This document shows, piece by piece, positions 53,436 through 60,412 of a stretch of 62,246 bases of DNA. Every line of letters starts with the position of its first letter. Within the stretch, counting starts at the first letter, position 1. Source of the DNA: Deltaproteobacteria bacterium (GTDB lineage: Bacteria; Desulfobacterota; Desulfobacteria; Desulfobacterales; JAABPS01); the NCBI GenBank assembly GCA_019309685.1, contig JAFDFT010000001.1:1-62246 (forward strand). The letters run 5' to 3'. A program made the position numbers and the translations under genes. The notes beneath the pieces are model-generated. The model had not been told where the DNA came from. It worked only from the letters and a program-made list of their open reading frames with translations, and ran no database searches.

Positions 53436-53508
53436 AGAAGCTCTCAGGAACATGATCGGTTGCGATACCGCTCTTAACATTACTGTTAAAAGATTCCTGA
53501 GAGCTTCT
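53436..53508 (-). terminator. 15-bp perfect inverted repeat (43-nt structured loop) followed by GTTTTTT; terminator or attenuator in front of the replisome-organizer gene
   Basis: agaagctctcaggaa (53436..53450) pairs with ttcctgagagcttct (53494..53508). On the minus strand the 3' arm is followed by a T6 run and then GGAGG. Confidence 0.45.
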
Positions 53509-53594
53509 CTGTCTTGCAAGTTTTATTAGTTTTACGCATTTCATCATTAGTTTCATATTCCCCCACTACTAAAACATTTTAAAAAAGTCAACAA

Positions 53595-53726
53595 CTAAAA
53601 CCACATGGCGCAAAATAAAAAACCGAGTACAAATCCTATAAACAAACTAATACCCATAATCCATAAGTCTCTGCTTAACTCAGGGCTTATTCTTTGTTCG
53701 TAAAGTTTTGGTTTGTATTCTGTCAT
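53595..53726 (-). CDS. 43-aa membrane micro-protein
   Basis: Hand translation MTEYKPKLYEQRISPELSRDLWIMGISLFIGFVLGFLFCAMWF, with a GGAGA SD. Confidence 0.3.
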   Translation of the reverse strand: MTEYKPKLYEQRISPELSRDLWIMGISLFIGFVLGFLFCAMWF

Positions 53727-53730
53727 TGAT

Positions 53731-53961
53731 TTAATCTCCATATAATATTTCCCTGGTGTTGTCTTTTAGTTCTTGCCAGACTGTAAATCCATTTCCAGGT
53801 TGCGCTTGCAGACGCTTAAACAATTCTTTTCCTTTTGGCGGACATTGTTTAATTAAAAATTCTACCATATAAAGCAAATCACCAACAGACTCTGCTTCAA
53901 GCATAATTAAATTACGCCCTTGCGTTACATGGTTCATGGCTTTACCTCCTGTTTTAGCCAC
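53731..53961 (-). CDS. hypothetical protein (76 aa)
   Basis: Track ORF. Confidence 0.45.
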   Translation of the reverse strand: MAKTGGKAMNHVTQGRNLIMLEAESVGDLLYMVEFLIKQCPPKGKELFKRLQAQPGNGFTVWQELKDNTREILYGD

Positions 53962-53977
53962 TCCAGGACATAGCTCC

Positions 53978-54175
53978 TTAGAACAGCTCTTTCTGCGCCG
54001 TCCTCAAAAATTTACTTATTTTTTGCCGTTCTTCTTGAGTTGGGTCGTATAGGCCGGTGATTATCCGGCTGAAGCGGGCATGTTCTATGCCTGTCCCCTT
54101 AACTAAATCTTTGTTTCTCCAGCCATTTTTCCTAATGGCGCTTAATAGTTTGTGTCTATAATTTCTTACTTTCAA
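53978..54175 (-). CDS. Xre/Cro-type HTH transcriptional regulator (65 aa, TTG start)
   Basis: NKDLVKGTGIEHARFSRIITG HTH. GGAGGG SD 6 nt before the TTG. First gene of the minus arm. Confidence 0.7.
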   Translation of the reverse strand: MKVRNYRHKLLSAIRKNGWRNKDLVKGTGIEHARFSRIITGLYDPTQEERQKISKFLRTAQKELF

Positions 54176-54296
54176 AGGTTGCCCTCCTGTAATTTAAAAT
54201 CAATGGTATCAATAAGTACCATAAGGGTTGGCTAATGTCAAGAACTATTATTCTTGTCTGGAATGGAATAAAATGAATAATAATTCAAAATAACTC

Positions 54297-54326
54297 TTGA
54301 CACCGTTTTTGGTTTGTGCCTATAAT
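54297..54326 (+). promoter_or_regulatory. sigma70-type promoter: TTGACA, 18-nt spacer, TATAAT
   Basis: Both hexamers are perfect (54297..54302 and 54321..54326), about 48 nt upstream of the first plus-arm ATG (54374), which has an AAAGGAGG SD. Confidence 0.7.
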
Positions 54327-54373
54327 AAGCCAAAGTCGAAAAGGATTAGCCTAAATCAAAAAGGAGGTTTAAA

Positions 54374-54571
54374 ATGTATTTTGCAATAGATGAAAGCACC
54401 AAAGAGGTGGTTGACCAAAACGGTGTAAGGTTTACAGCCGGCCAGTTTCAGGAAATAAGAGAAAGGTACGACAGGCTTAATAAACCGCTTGATATGACCC
54501 TGAGTTGCCAAAGGCTTGTACGTTATAGATATGATTGGGGAAAGCTCGCTAAATTTTATAACGAAAACTAA
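54374..54571 (+). CDS. hypothetical early protein (65 aa)
   Basis: Strong SD. First ORF after the promoter. Confidence 0.55.
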   Translation: MYFAIDESTKEVVDQNGVRFTAGQFQEIRERYDRLNKPLDMTLSCQRLVRYRYDWGKLAKFYNEN

Positions 54572-54746
54572 AAATCCCAACCACCAACCCAGCCAGACAC
54601 ACCTTCGGGAATGTGAAAACCCGGGAAGGCGAAAGGGTTTAAAGTCCATCCATCAGACCTCACAGGCTCAAGCCGTGATAGCGTGATGGGTGAAGAAAGG
54701 AAAGCGGGAGGCTACGAACCAACATTAATTTTTAAAGGAGATTAAA

Positions 54747-55013
54747 ATGCTATACGATTCAGATGGAAGAGACTCTATATCTACAGAAAGATTACCTGAA
54801 AGATGTGAACCTGACTATGAAAGCATGGTTGAAAGAATTAACAAAAAGATTGCAAAAACTTCGGCTTTTAAGGACGCAGCTTTGGACTATTTTGATGGGA
54901 AAAGAGCAAGCGGGAAAATGGCAGAGCTTATTGGCGAGTTGGTAACTGAAGAACGTCAGCTTTCGCAAGAACGATATAGCCTTATTAAACGCCAAGAAGC
55001 AGCTAAAAGCTAA
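54747..55013 (+). CDS. hypothetical early protein (88 aa)
   Basis: AAAGGAGA SD. Acidic and helical. Confidence 0.5.
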   Translation: MLYDSDGRDSISTERLPERCEPDYESMVERINKKIAKTSAFKDAALDYFDGKRASGKMAELIGELVTEERQLSQERYSLIKRQEAAKS

Positions 55014-55027
55014 AAGCAATAAGTAAA

Positions 55028-55327
55028 GAGGCTACAAGAACAGTGTGCGCCCCTCAGTGAGGGCAGCTATAGCAGGGACGGCACAGCCAGCGCGCAATGC
55101 ATGCGCCGTTAATATAATTGCTTGCGAAACTGAGCGACCTGGCGGGGGCGCATATCCATCTTGGCTGCGGGAATTAAAGCCACTACAGGGCGTAGGTAAG
55201 TAGCAGTAGTCTGGAACCTGACAAAAACGCTGCAAATTTAATTCCCGTAGCCATTAACAAGCAGGCTGCGGAGGCCGCCGCCGAGTGAGGTCGGCGAAAC
55301 CGCTGTGAAACGGTCTTCGTAGCCTAA
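55028..55327 (+). ncRNA. candidate structured RNA (about 300 nt, GC-rich, ORF-free)
   Basis: 17-bp helix 55162..55178 with 55237..55253 containing a single G-U that is only compatible with plus-strand RNA. Closing helix 55030..55041 with 55312..55324. Several GC hairpins, two of them with AGTGAGG loops. Confidence 0.35.
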
Positions 55328-55347
55328 CTATTAAGAGAGAAATCACA

Positions 55348-55452
55348 ATGGATGAAATCAGAGTAAAACTTGTCATTTATTATTTACAGACACGCACAAA
55401 AAGCTTTAAGGAAGCTTTAAGATTAGCTAAAGAGTTTATGGGAGAAACATAA
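55348..55452 (+). CDS. 34-aa micro-protein
   Basis: Hand translation MDEIRVKLVIYYLQTRTKSFKEALRLAKEFMGET. Weak SD AAGAGAGA. Confidence 0.3.
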   Translation: MDEIRVKLVIYYLQTRTKSFKEALRLAKEFMGET

Positions 55453-55465
55453 AAAAGGAGGAATA

Positions 55466-56638
55466 ATGGGAATTCAAGCATTAGAGAAAATCAAGGAGTT
55501 GATACCGGCTGAGGATTATAACGCTCTGTCTGGTATTGTTGGGAAAGACGTCATTTTTTTGGGCGAAAACGAGGCTTTTGCCTTAAAGGATAACGAGGGT
55601 GAAATTAGAGCCTTTAAACAGCGAGTGACGCTTTCCCACAAAGAAGGAACATTGATTCAACCCGTAAAGGGCGGGCCTTTCGTTATAAGCGCACAGGGTT
55701 ATGAAGTTTGGGCGGAAGCTGCTGGGGCTTGTGTAATCTTTCCTAAAGAGGTTCTTGTCGGGGGGCAATGGCAACCAAACCCCCATGTAGAACGGGACGA
55801 GACAAACAGACGAATACTCGCAGTACACGCAAGGGCTGTAGCCTTTCGGTTTTCTTCTAAGGGTATTCCCCAGGTGTCGGACTGGTCCACAATTTTTGAT
55901 ACTCCATCTTATCGCATGATAGACCTGTTGGCCAAAGCTAAAAGCACACCCCAGGCGTTCAGGTTGCTTCCTACAGGCGATAACCCAGATGGAAAGGGTA
56001 CATGGGCAGCATATCCGTTCGACGAAAGCATAACGCTGTGGATCAACACTTCTCACGATGAAGCGTTAAAGTGGTTTTCTCAGATCCTTAACAGAGAAAA
56101 GAAAGCCCTTGACTTCGCTCAGACATTTGCAAAAAGAAACGCCCTGAAACACCTTTCCGGCCTTCAAAAAGCACAATCAAACGTCTGGACTCTTTCTGTT
56201 CTTTGTTGGCGTCCCACCTCCGGAAACATAATTAAATGGGATGCTACTCAGTATATCAAACTTCAAGACAAGGTTGGCTCGCTGATTACCGGCAATGGTG
56301 ACGATTTTGCGCCCAATGTAAAGCAAATCGAATCGCAATCAGGACAGGAAAGAGTATCTGACGAGGAAGGCTTTGAAGGGATTGAAAAAGAGATCGATCC
56401 TGAAGACCAAGAGCCTGCCGAGACTAAAAAAGACGAACCAGAAACAAACAAGACTAATGCAGTATCATCCGAAGAGCAAAAGGTTATAAAAAATTATGAG
56501 GTAGCAAGGGACTCGTTTCCGGACGAATACGCCGCCGCTACAAAAAAATTAGGATTAATAGGGAAAACCCTGGCCATTGAAGACATGAACGCTATTTATA
56601 AAAGGGTTACGGACAGACTGAACGAACAGGCGGTATAA
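55466..56638 (+). CDS. hypothetical protein with acidic C-terminal tail (390 aa); possible recombination / ssDNA-binding role
   Basis: AAAGGAGG SD. The acidic tail DEEGFEGIEKEIDPEDQEPAETKKDEPE and the neighbourhood are the only evidence. Confidence 0.6.
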   Translation: MGIQALEKIKELIPAEDYNALSGIVGKDVIFLGENEAFALKDNEGEIRAFKQRVTLSHKEGTLIQPVKGGPFVISAQGYEVWAEAAGACVIFPKEVLVGGQWQPNPHVERDETNRRILAVHARAVAFRFSSKGIPQVSDWSTIFDTPSYRMIDLLAKAKSTPQAFRLLPTGDNPDGKGTWAAYPFDESITLWINTSHDEALKWFSQILNREKKALDFAQTFAKRNALKHLSGLQKAQSNVWTLSVLCWRPTSGNIIKWDATQYIKLQDKVGSLITGNGDDFAPNVKQIESQSGQERVSDEEGFEGIEKEIDPEDQEPAETKKDEPETNKTNAVSSEEQKVIKNYEVARDSFPDEYAAATKKLGLIGKTLAIEDMNAIYKRVTDRLNEQAV

Positions 56639-56650
56639 AAGGGGGTAGCC

Positions 56651-57637
56651 ATGATAACAAGAGTTTCAGTGGTAGGGTTTAAGGGGTTAGAATTCACCCA
56701 CCGCTTAAAAAAGCGTAATCTCATTATAGGGCCTAACGGATCGGGCAAAAGCGCCATATCGGACACGATAGCGCTCACGGTTAATGGCAGGATTCCAGGA
56801 GCCGGAAAAACAAATCAAGCAATCATGGACGCCTTTGCGTCAAATAGTAAGATGTTTGTCGGCGTAGGCGTTGGAGATGAAGCACTATTCGAACGCCGGT
56901 TTATCCGGAATAGCAAAGGCAAGGTTACCCAAAAGTTCCAGGCGGGAAGCGGTCTGGTCACAAAAGAAAAGTTTATATCTGACTTTTCAGTGGCAGGCAA
57001 GCCGACAATTATTGATCTTTCCGCTTTTATTGGTCTTTCCGACCAAAAGAAAATCGATAATGTTTTTGAGTTGTATCCGCCAAAGGGCGACGTTATGGGC
57101 CTGCACGATCAGATTGAAGCTGCTACAGAGAGCCTAAACGAACTAACCACCACAATAAAACAAACAGAAGGGGTTATCGAAAAACTCACCGCTGATCAGG
57201 CAGAAATAGAACTACCTGCAGGGACCCTGGCCGAAGTTAATCAAGAGATAGAGAGAACCACCGCAGAAGTGAAGCTCGCCAGGAAAAACCTTTACACAGC
57301 ACAACAAAAAGAGGCTGAAAAAAAGGCAGCAGAAAAAGCCGAGGCAGCAGCCGCCGAGAATGCCAGAAGTGAAAAAGAAATTCTCGCCATGGCGGAAAGT
57401 GAAGAAAGTCCGGTGGAACCACCCGCAAATAGACCACAGCTCGGTGGAGATCCGGGTTATACGGCAAGAAACAGTGAAGACTTCCAGGATAGAGTTCACC
57501 CAGGCCCCAAGCCGGTCGAACCATCAGAAAACCCCGCAAGAATCAGCATATGGGCTATTATTAAAACCATAGAAAAAGCTGGGTGTACGTCATGCGCCGC
57601 ATTACTTCAGTGCAAAAAGGAATTGCGGAAATATTAA
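56651..57637 (+). CDS. SMC/Rad50/DndD-like ATPase, N-terminal half (Walker A, outgoing coiled coil, CxxC hook)
   Basis: VVGFKGL...LIIGPNGSGKSAISD. Long E/K/A coiled coil. Ends at AGCTSCAALLQC. Confidence 0.7.
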   Translation: MITRVSVVGFKGLEFTHRLKKRNLIIGPNGSGKSAISDTIALTVNGRIPGAGKTNQAIMDAFASNSKMFVGVGVGDEALFERRFIRNSKGKVTQKFQAGSGLVTKEKFISDFSVAGKPTIIDLSAFIGLSDQKKIDNVFELYPPKGDVMGLHDQIEAATESLNELTTTIKQTEGVIEKLTADQAEIELPAGTLAEVNQEIERTTAEVKLARKNLYTAQQKEAEKKAAEKAEAAAAENARSEKEILAMAESEESPVEPPANRPQLGGDPGYTARNSEDFQDRVHPGPKPVEPSENPARISIWAIIKTIEKAGCTSCAALLQCKKELRKY

Positions 57638-57688
57638 AAGTTTTATGTCATGACGTATAATCTTATGTTATAAGCTGGTTCTTAAATT

Positions 57689-58393
57689 ATGAAAAATTAT
57701 TTATCCTTTGGTGGCGGTGTCAATTCGGTAGCATTATATCTGTATTTCCTCGACAATAATGTATCTTTTGAAGCTGTTTTTGTCGACCATGGCACCGATT
57801 GGCCCGAAACTTACGAGTATGTTAAGATGTTTAAAGATAAATATCCACTTACAGTCTTAAAACCAAGCATCCAGGGATATAATAATTTATATAAATATTG
57901 TTGGTTTAAAGAGTGGGTTCCATCGCCTTTGCGCAGGTGGTGTACGGACAAGTTTAAAATGAGAGCTATACATAAATATTGCCAAAAACCCTGCTGGCAA
58001 ATGCTTGGCATAGATTTTGGTGAACAGAAACGGGCCAAGATGAGCAGTAGCAAAGGCTTTGAGAACCGCTTTCCACTTATTGAAGCTGAAATCGATAGAG
58101 AGGGTTGTAAGGACATTATTCGCTCACACAAATTACCCTTACCCATTAAGTCCGGTTGTTTTATATGCCCCTATCAGAGAGTGCACCAGTGGAAAGAATT
58201 AAGGCGGAATCATCCCGGCTTGTTTTGTAAAGCTGTTGAATTGGAAAAACGAAATATGGAATATCGAAAGAGGCAAGGTAAAACTCCGATGTTTTTAAGT
58301 ATGTCAAAGAGATCATTACAAACCATAGTTGATGAAAAGCAACGACAAATATTTAAAGAAGACGAATATCCGCCTTGCAATTGCGGCTTATAA
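57689..58393 (+). CDS. PAPS-reductase / DndC-like PP-loop protein 1
   Basis: LSFGGGVNS PP-loop variant at the N-terminus. Cys pairs SGCFICPY and PPCNCGL. Confidence 0.75.
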   Translation: MKNYLSFGGGVNSVALYLYFLDNNVSFEAVFVDHGTDWPETYEYVKMFKDKYPLTVLKPSIQGYNNLYKYCWFKEWVPSPLRRWCTDKFKMRAIHKYCQKPCWQMLGIDFGEQKRAKMSSSKGFENRFPLIEAEIDREGCKDIIRSHKLPLPIKSGCFICPYQRVHQWKELRRNHPGLFCKAVELEKRNMEYRKRQGKTPMFLSMSKRSLQTIVDEKQRQIFKEDEYPPCNCGL

Positions 58394-58513
58394 CAAGCCG
58401 CTGAACTCTGAGCGGGAAAAGTCGGCACAAGGGCGGGAAGTCCGAAATAACTCATAAAAACGAGTGCGCCAGATTAGCTATATCGTTATATTTCTTGAGG
58501 AAGGGCTTTAAGG

Positions 58514-58720
58514 ATGAGCATTAAAATAGATCACATAGATTTGCAAAAAGGCGACCATCTTTTTGTAAGGTTTAAGGGTTGCGTTGAACATTCATTGGTA
58601 ATTAGTTGGTTAGAAAAAGATGAGCTTCCGACAGTATCCGGCCCTTTTAACTGCAAGTCTAAAAAATTTAAAGTGTCTATTCATGGAATGGAATTAATTA
58701 AAAAAGCAGACGAAATATAA
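58514..58720 (+). CDS. hypothetical protein (68 aa)
   Basis: Track ORF with a GAGGAAGGG SD. Confidence 0.45.
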   Translation: MSIKIDHIDLQKGDHLFVRFKGCVEHSLVISWLEKDELPTVSGPFNCKSKKFKVSIHGMELIKKADEI

Positions 58721-58790
58721 CAAGTAAATGCACCTGACTCTAAAACGCAGAGCAGGTGATTAGATCGTTATAAAAGAAAGGAAAACCACG

Positions 58791-59363
58791 ATGGATATAA
58801 AAATAATAGAAGATCAAATCGAAGGCTTGATCAAAAAAGGCAAAGGACTCAGGGAACAACAAAGGCTTTTTGATAAGCGCTCCGGGATTGTGGAATTAAT
58901 AGAAAAAAACAAATTAGATATGGTGAATCTTGAAACCGATCTGGCTACAAAAAAAGAGGATCTGTCAGAACTGAAAGCTCAAAAGGCTGACGCTGTGAGG
59001 GATACGCTGATATCAATGCAGGATAAAATAACCGAGCTTCTTCCGGAAGGTGATGGAATTGTTCACCTGAAAGATGATGGCAGTTTTATTATCGGCTGGA
59101 TGCTTCCCAATAAACCCCTGGTCCCGTATGAAGGTCTTTCCGGAGGCCAAAAGGTCGTATTCGGTCAAGCTCTTGGCAATGCGCTCTTGGGCAATGCAAA
59201 GGAAAAGTTCTTGATCTACGAAGGCGGGGAGGTTGACGAAAAAAACCTTATCGCTTTGCTAAAACAAGTCGGAGAGAGAAAAGACGACACGCAGATCATA
59301 ATAAATACATGGTGTAAACCTAAAGATATTCCAAAAGAATGGCACTTAATTGAGTTAAAATAA
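58791..59363 (+). CDS. SMC/Rad50/DndD-like ATPase, C-terminal half (returning coiled coil, signature motif, Walker B)
   Basis: Coiled N-part, then LSGGQKVVFGQAL (ABC signature) and KFLIYEGGEVD (Walker B-like). Confidence 0.65.
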   Translation: MDIKIIEDQIEGLIKKGKGLREQQRLFDKRSGIVELIEKNKLDMVNLETDLATKKEDLSELKAQKADAVRDTLISMQDKITELLPEGDGIVHLKDDGSFIIGWMLPNKPLVPYEGLSGGQKVVFGQALGNALLGNAKEKFLIYEGGEVDEKNLIALLKQVGERKDDTQIIINTWCKPKDIPKEWHLIELK

Positions 59364-59375
59364 AAAAGGGACATT

Positions 59376-59996
59376 ATGAGAGTTTGCAAGGTTGAAGGGT
59401 GCGACAGAAAGCATAGTGCAAAAGGGTATTGTGGAAGACACAGGGAGCAAGTGCGGCTATATGGCAAAATTTTAGAACGAACTCGTTCCGATCCTAACGA
59501 AATTATTATAAAAGGGAACATTGCTGAAATCGTTCTTTATAATAGGAGGTGTCAAGAGGTCGCAAGAACTGTGATCGATACCGAAGACGTTGAAAAAGTT
59601 AGGGGATATAAGTGGCATGTGAACGCTCAGGGATATGCTGCCACGCGACCCAAAAAGAAAGTGCTAAAAATTCAACACATCATTATGGGTATAAATGCCG
59701 ACTATAAAAACCAAATTGATCACAGAGATCGAGACAGGTTAAACAACCGCAAATCCAATTTTAGATTTTGTACGCAGGGAGACAATGCAAAAAACTCTAC
59801 AATACCAATAAACAACACATCTGGTTTTAAGGGCGTTTCTCTGCACAAAAACAGCAAGAAATGGAGAGCACGGATAACTTTAGATGATAGGCTTATTTCT
59901 TTAGGAGTATTTAAAGACAAGCTTGACGCCGCCCGAGCCTACAACGAAGCAGCCCTAAAATACCACGGTGAATTTGCGTGTTTAAATAAGACATAG
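59376..59996 (+). CDS. HNH endonuclease with C-terminal AP2 domain (paralog of 44538..45071)
   Basis: CKVEGC...GYCGRH zinc motif, shared PNEIIIKGNIAEIVLY, IDHRDRDRLNNRKSNFRF, SGFKGVSL...WRARI...AA.AYNEAALKYHGEFA. Confidence 0.8.
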   Translation: MRVCKVEGCDRKHSAKGYCGRHREQVRLYGKILERTRSDPNEIIIKGNIAEIVLYNRRCQEVARTVIDTEDVEKVRGYKWHVNAQGYAATRPKKKVLKIQHIIMGINADYKNQIDHRDRDRLNNRKSNFRFCTQGDNAKNSTIPINNTSGFKGVSLHKNSKKWRARITLDDRLISLGVFKDKLDAARAYNEAALKYHGEFACLNKT

Positions 59997-59999
59997 ATT

Positions 60000-60410
60000 A
60001 TGAAACCCCTCAAAATGTCCAAACAAAGGCCGGAATCTGGCCCACTGATGGCTATAAACGATTGGGCTCAAATTAAAAACTGGCTGCACTTTGTTAAGCC
60101 TGGCCGGTGGGTAAAAATAGCCTTTTCTGTTGTCTATCATATCAGGACTATCGATCAAAATAGTTGGTATTGGGTAAATTGCACAAGGTTTGCGAAAGAT
60201 TTTGGATGGGACGGTCCCGATGAAGTTCATGAATATTTTAAGGGATTATTTTTAAAGAAAAAATACACGCTTCCCAACGGTACTTTATGCGAGACAATAG
60301 GCTCAACTACAGATTTAACCACAGTTGAGTTTACGGAATATGTCGATCAGTGTCGAGTTCATGCTTATCATCAATGCGATTTTGCATGGGAAGACCCTAA
60401 AAAGAGGTAA
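60000..60410 (+). CDS. NinB/Orf-family recombination mediator-like protein
   Basis: RTIDQNSWYW corresponds to lambda NinB RSLDQNRKLW, and IGSTTDLTTVEFTEYVD corresponds to IGQSTSRMRVGEFAELLE. Confidence 0.6.
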   Translation: MKPLKMSKQRPESGPLMAINDWAQIKNWLHFVKPGRWVKIAFSVVYHIRTIDQNSWYWVNCTRFAKDFGWDGPDEVHEYFKGLFLKKKYTLPNGTLCETIGSTTDLTTVEFTEYVDQCRVHAYHQCDFAWEDPKKR

Positions 60411-60412
60411 TT

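Larger units (their letters stand above)
52604..53519 (-). pseudogene. replisome organizer / DnaD-like replication initiation gene, frame broken by a 43-bp tandem duplication
   Basis: N-terminus IKWFKHISDSLDDPFIFDLMDRFGADGYLVFFGVLEIY. The ORF stops at 52818 inside the duplication. Removing one copy extends it by 63 codons (EKFFIYVGKSKFLMGDNDTGWTADLFWLVRPTNFAKVLSGKY...) to a TGA at 52604. Confidence 0.7.

Noticed and set aside
53978-54175. Considered whether the HTH regulator indicates a temperate lifestyle or prophage.
   Set aside because: There is no integrase, excisionase, attachment site or CI-like long repressor in the window. A single Cro-like HTH is compatible with a lytic phage.
54213-54241. 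Leftward promoter for the Xre-type gene: TTGACA (54241..54236), 17 nt, TACTTA.
   Set aside because: The -35 is perfect, but the -10 matches the consensus at only 2 of 6 positions. This is not enough to list it as a feature.
55032-55235. 67-aa minus-strand ORF in the GC-rich segment.
   Set aside because: It is P/A/G/C-rich with no SD, and sits in a region whose base-pairing pattern (G-U on the plus strand) favours an RNA or DNA structural element rather than coding.
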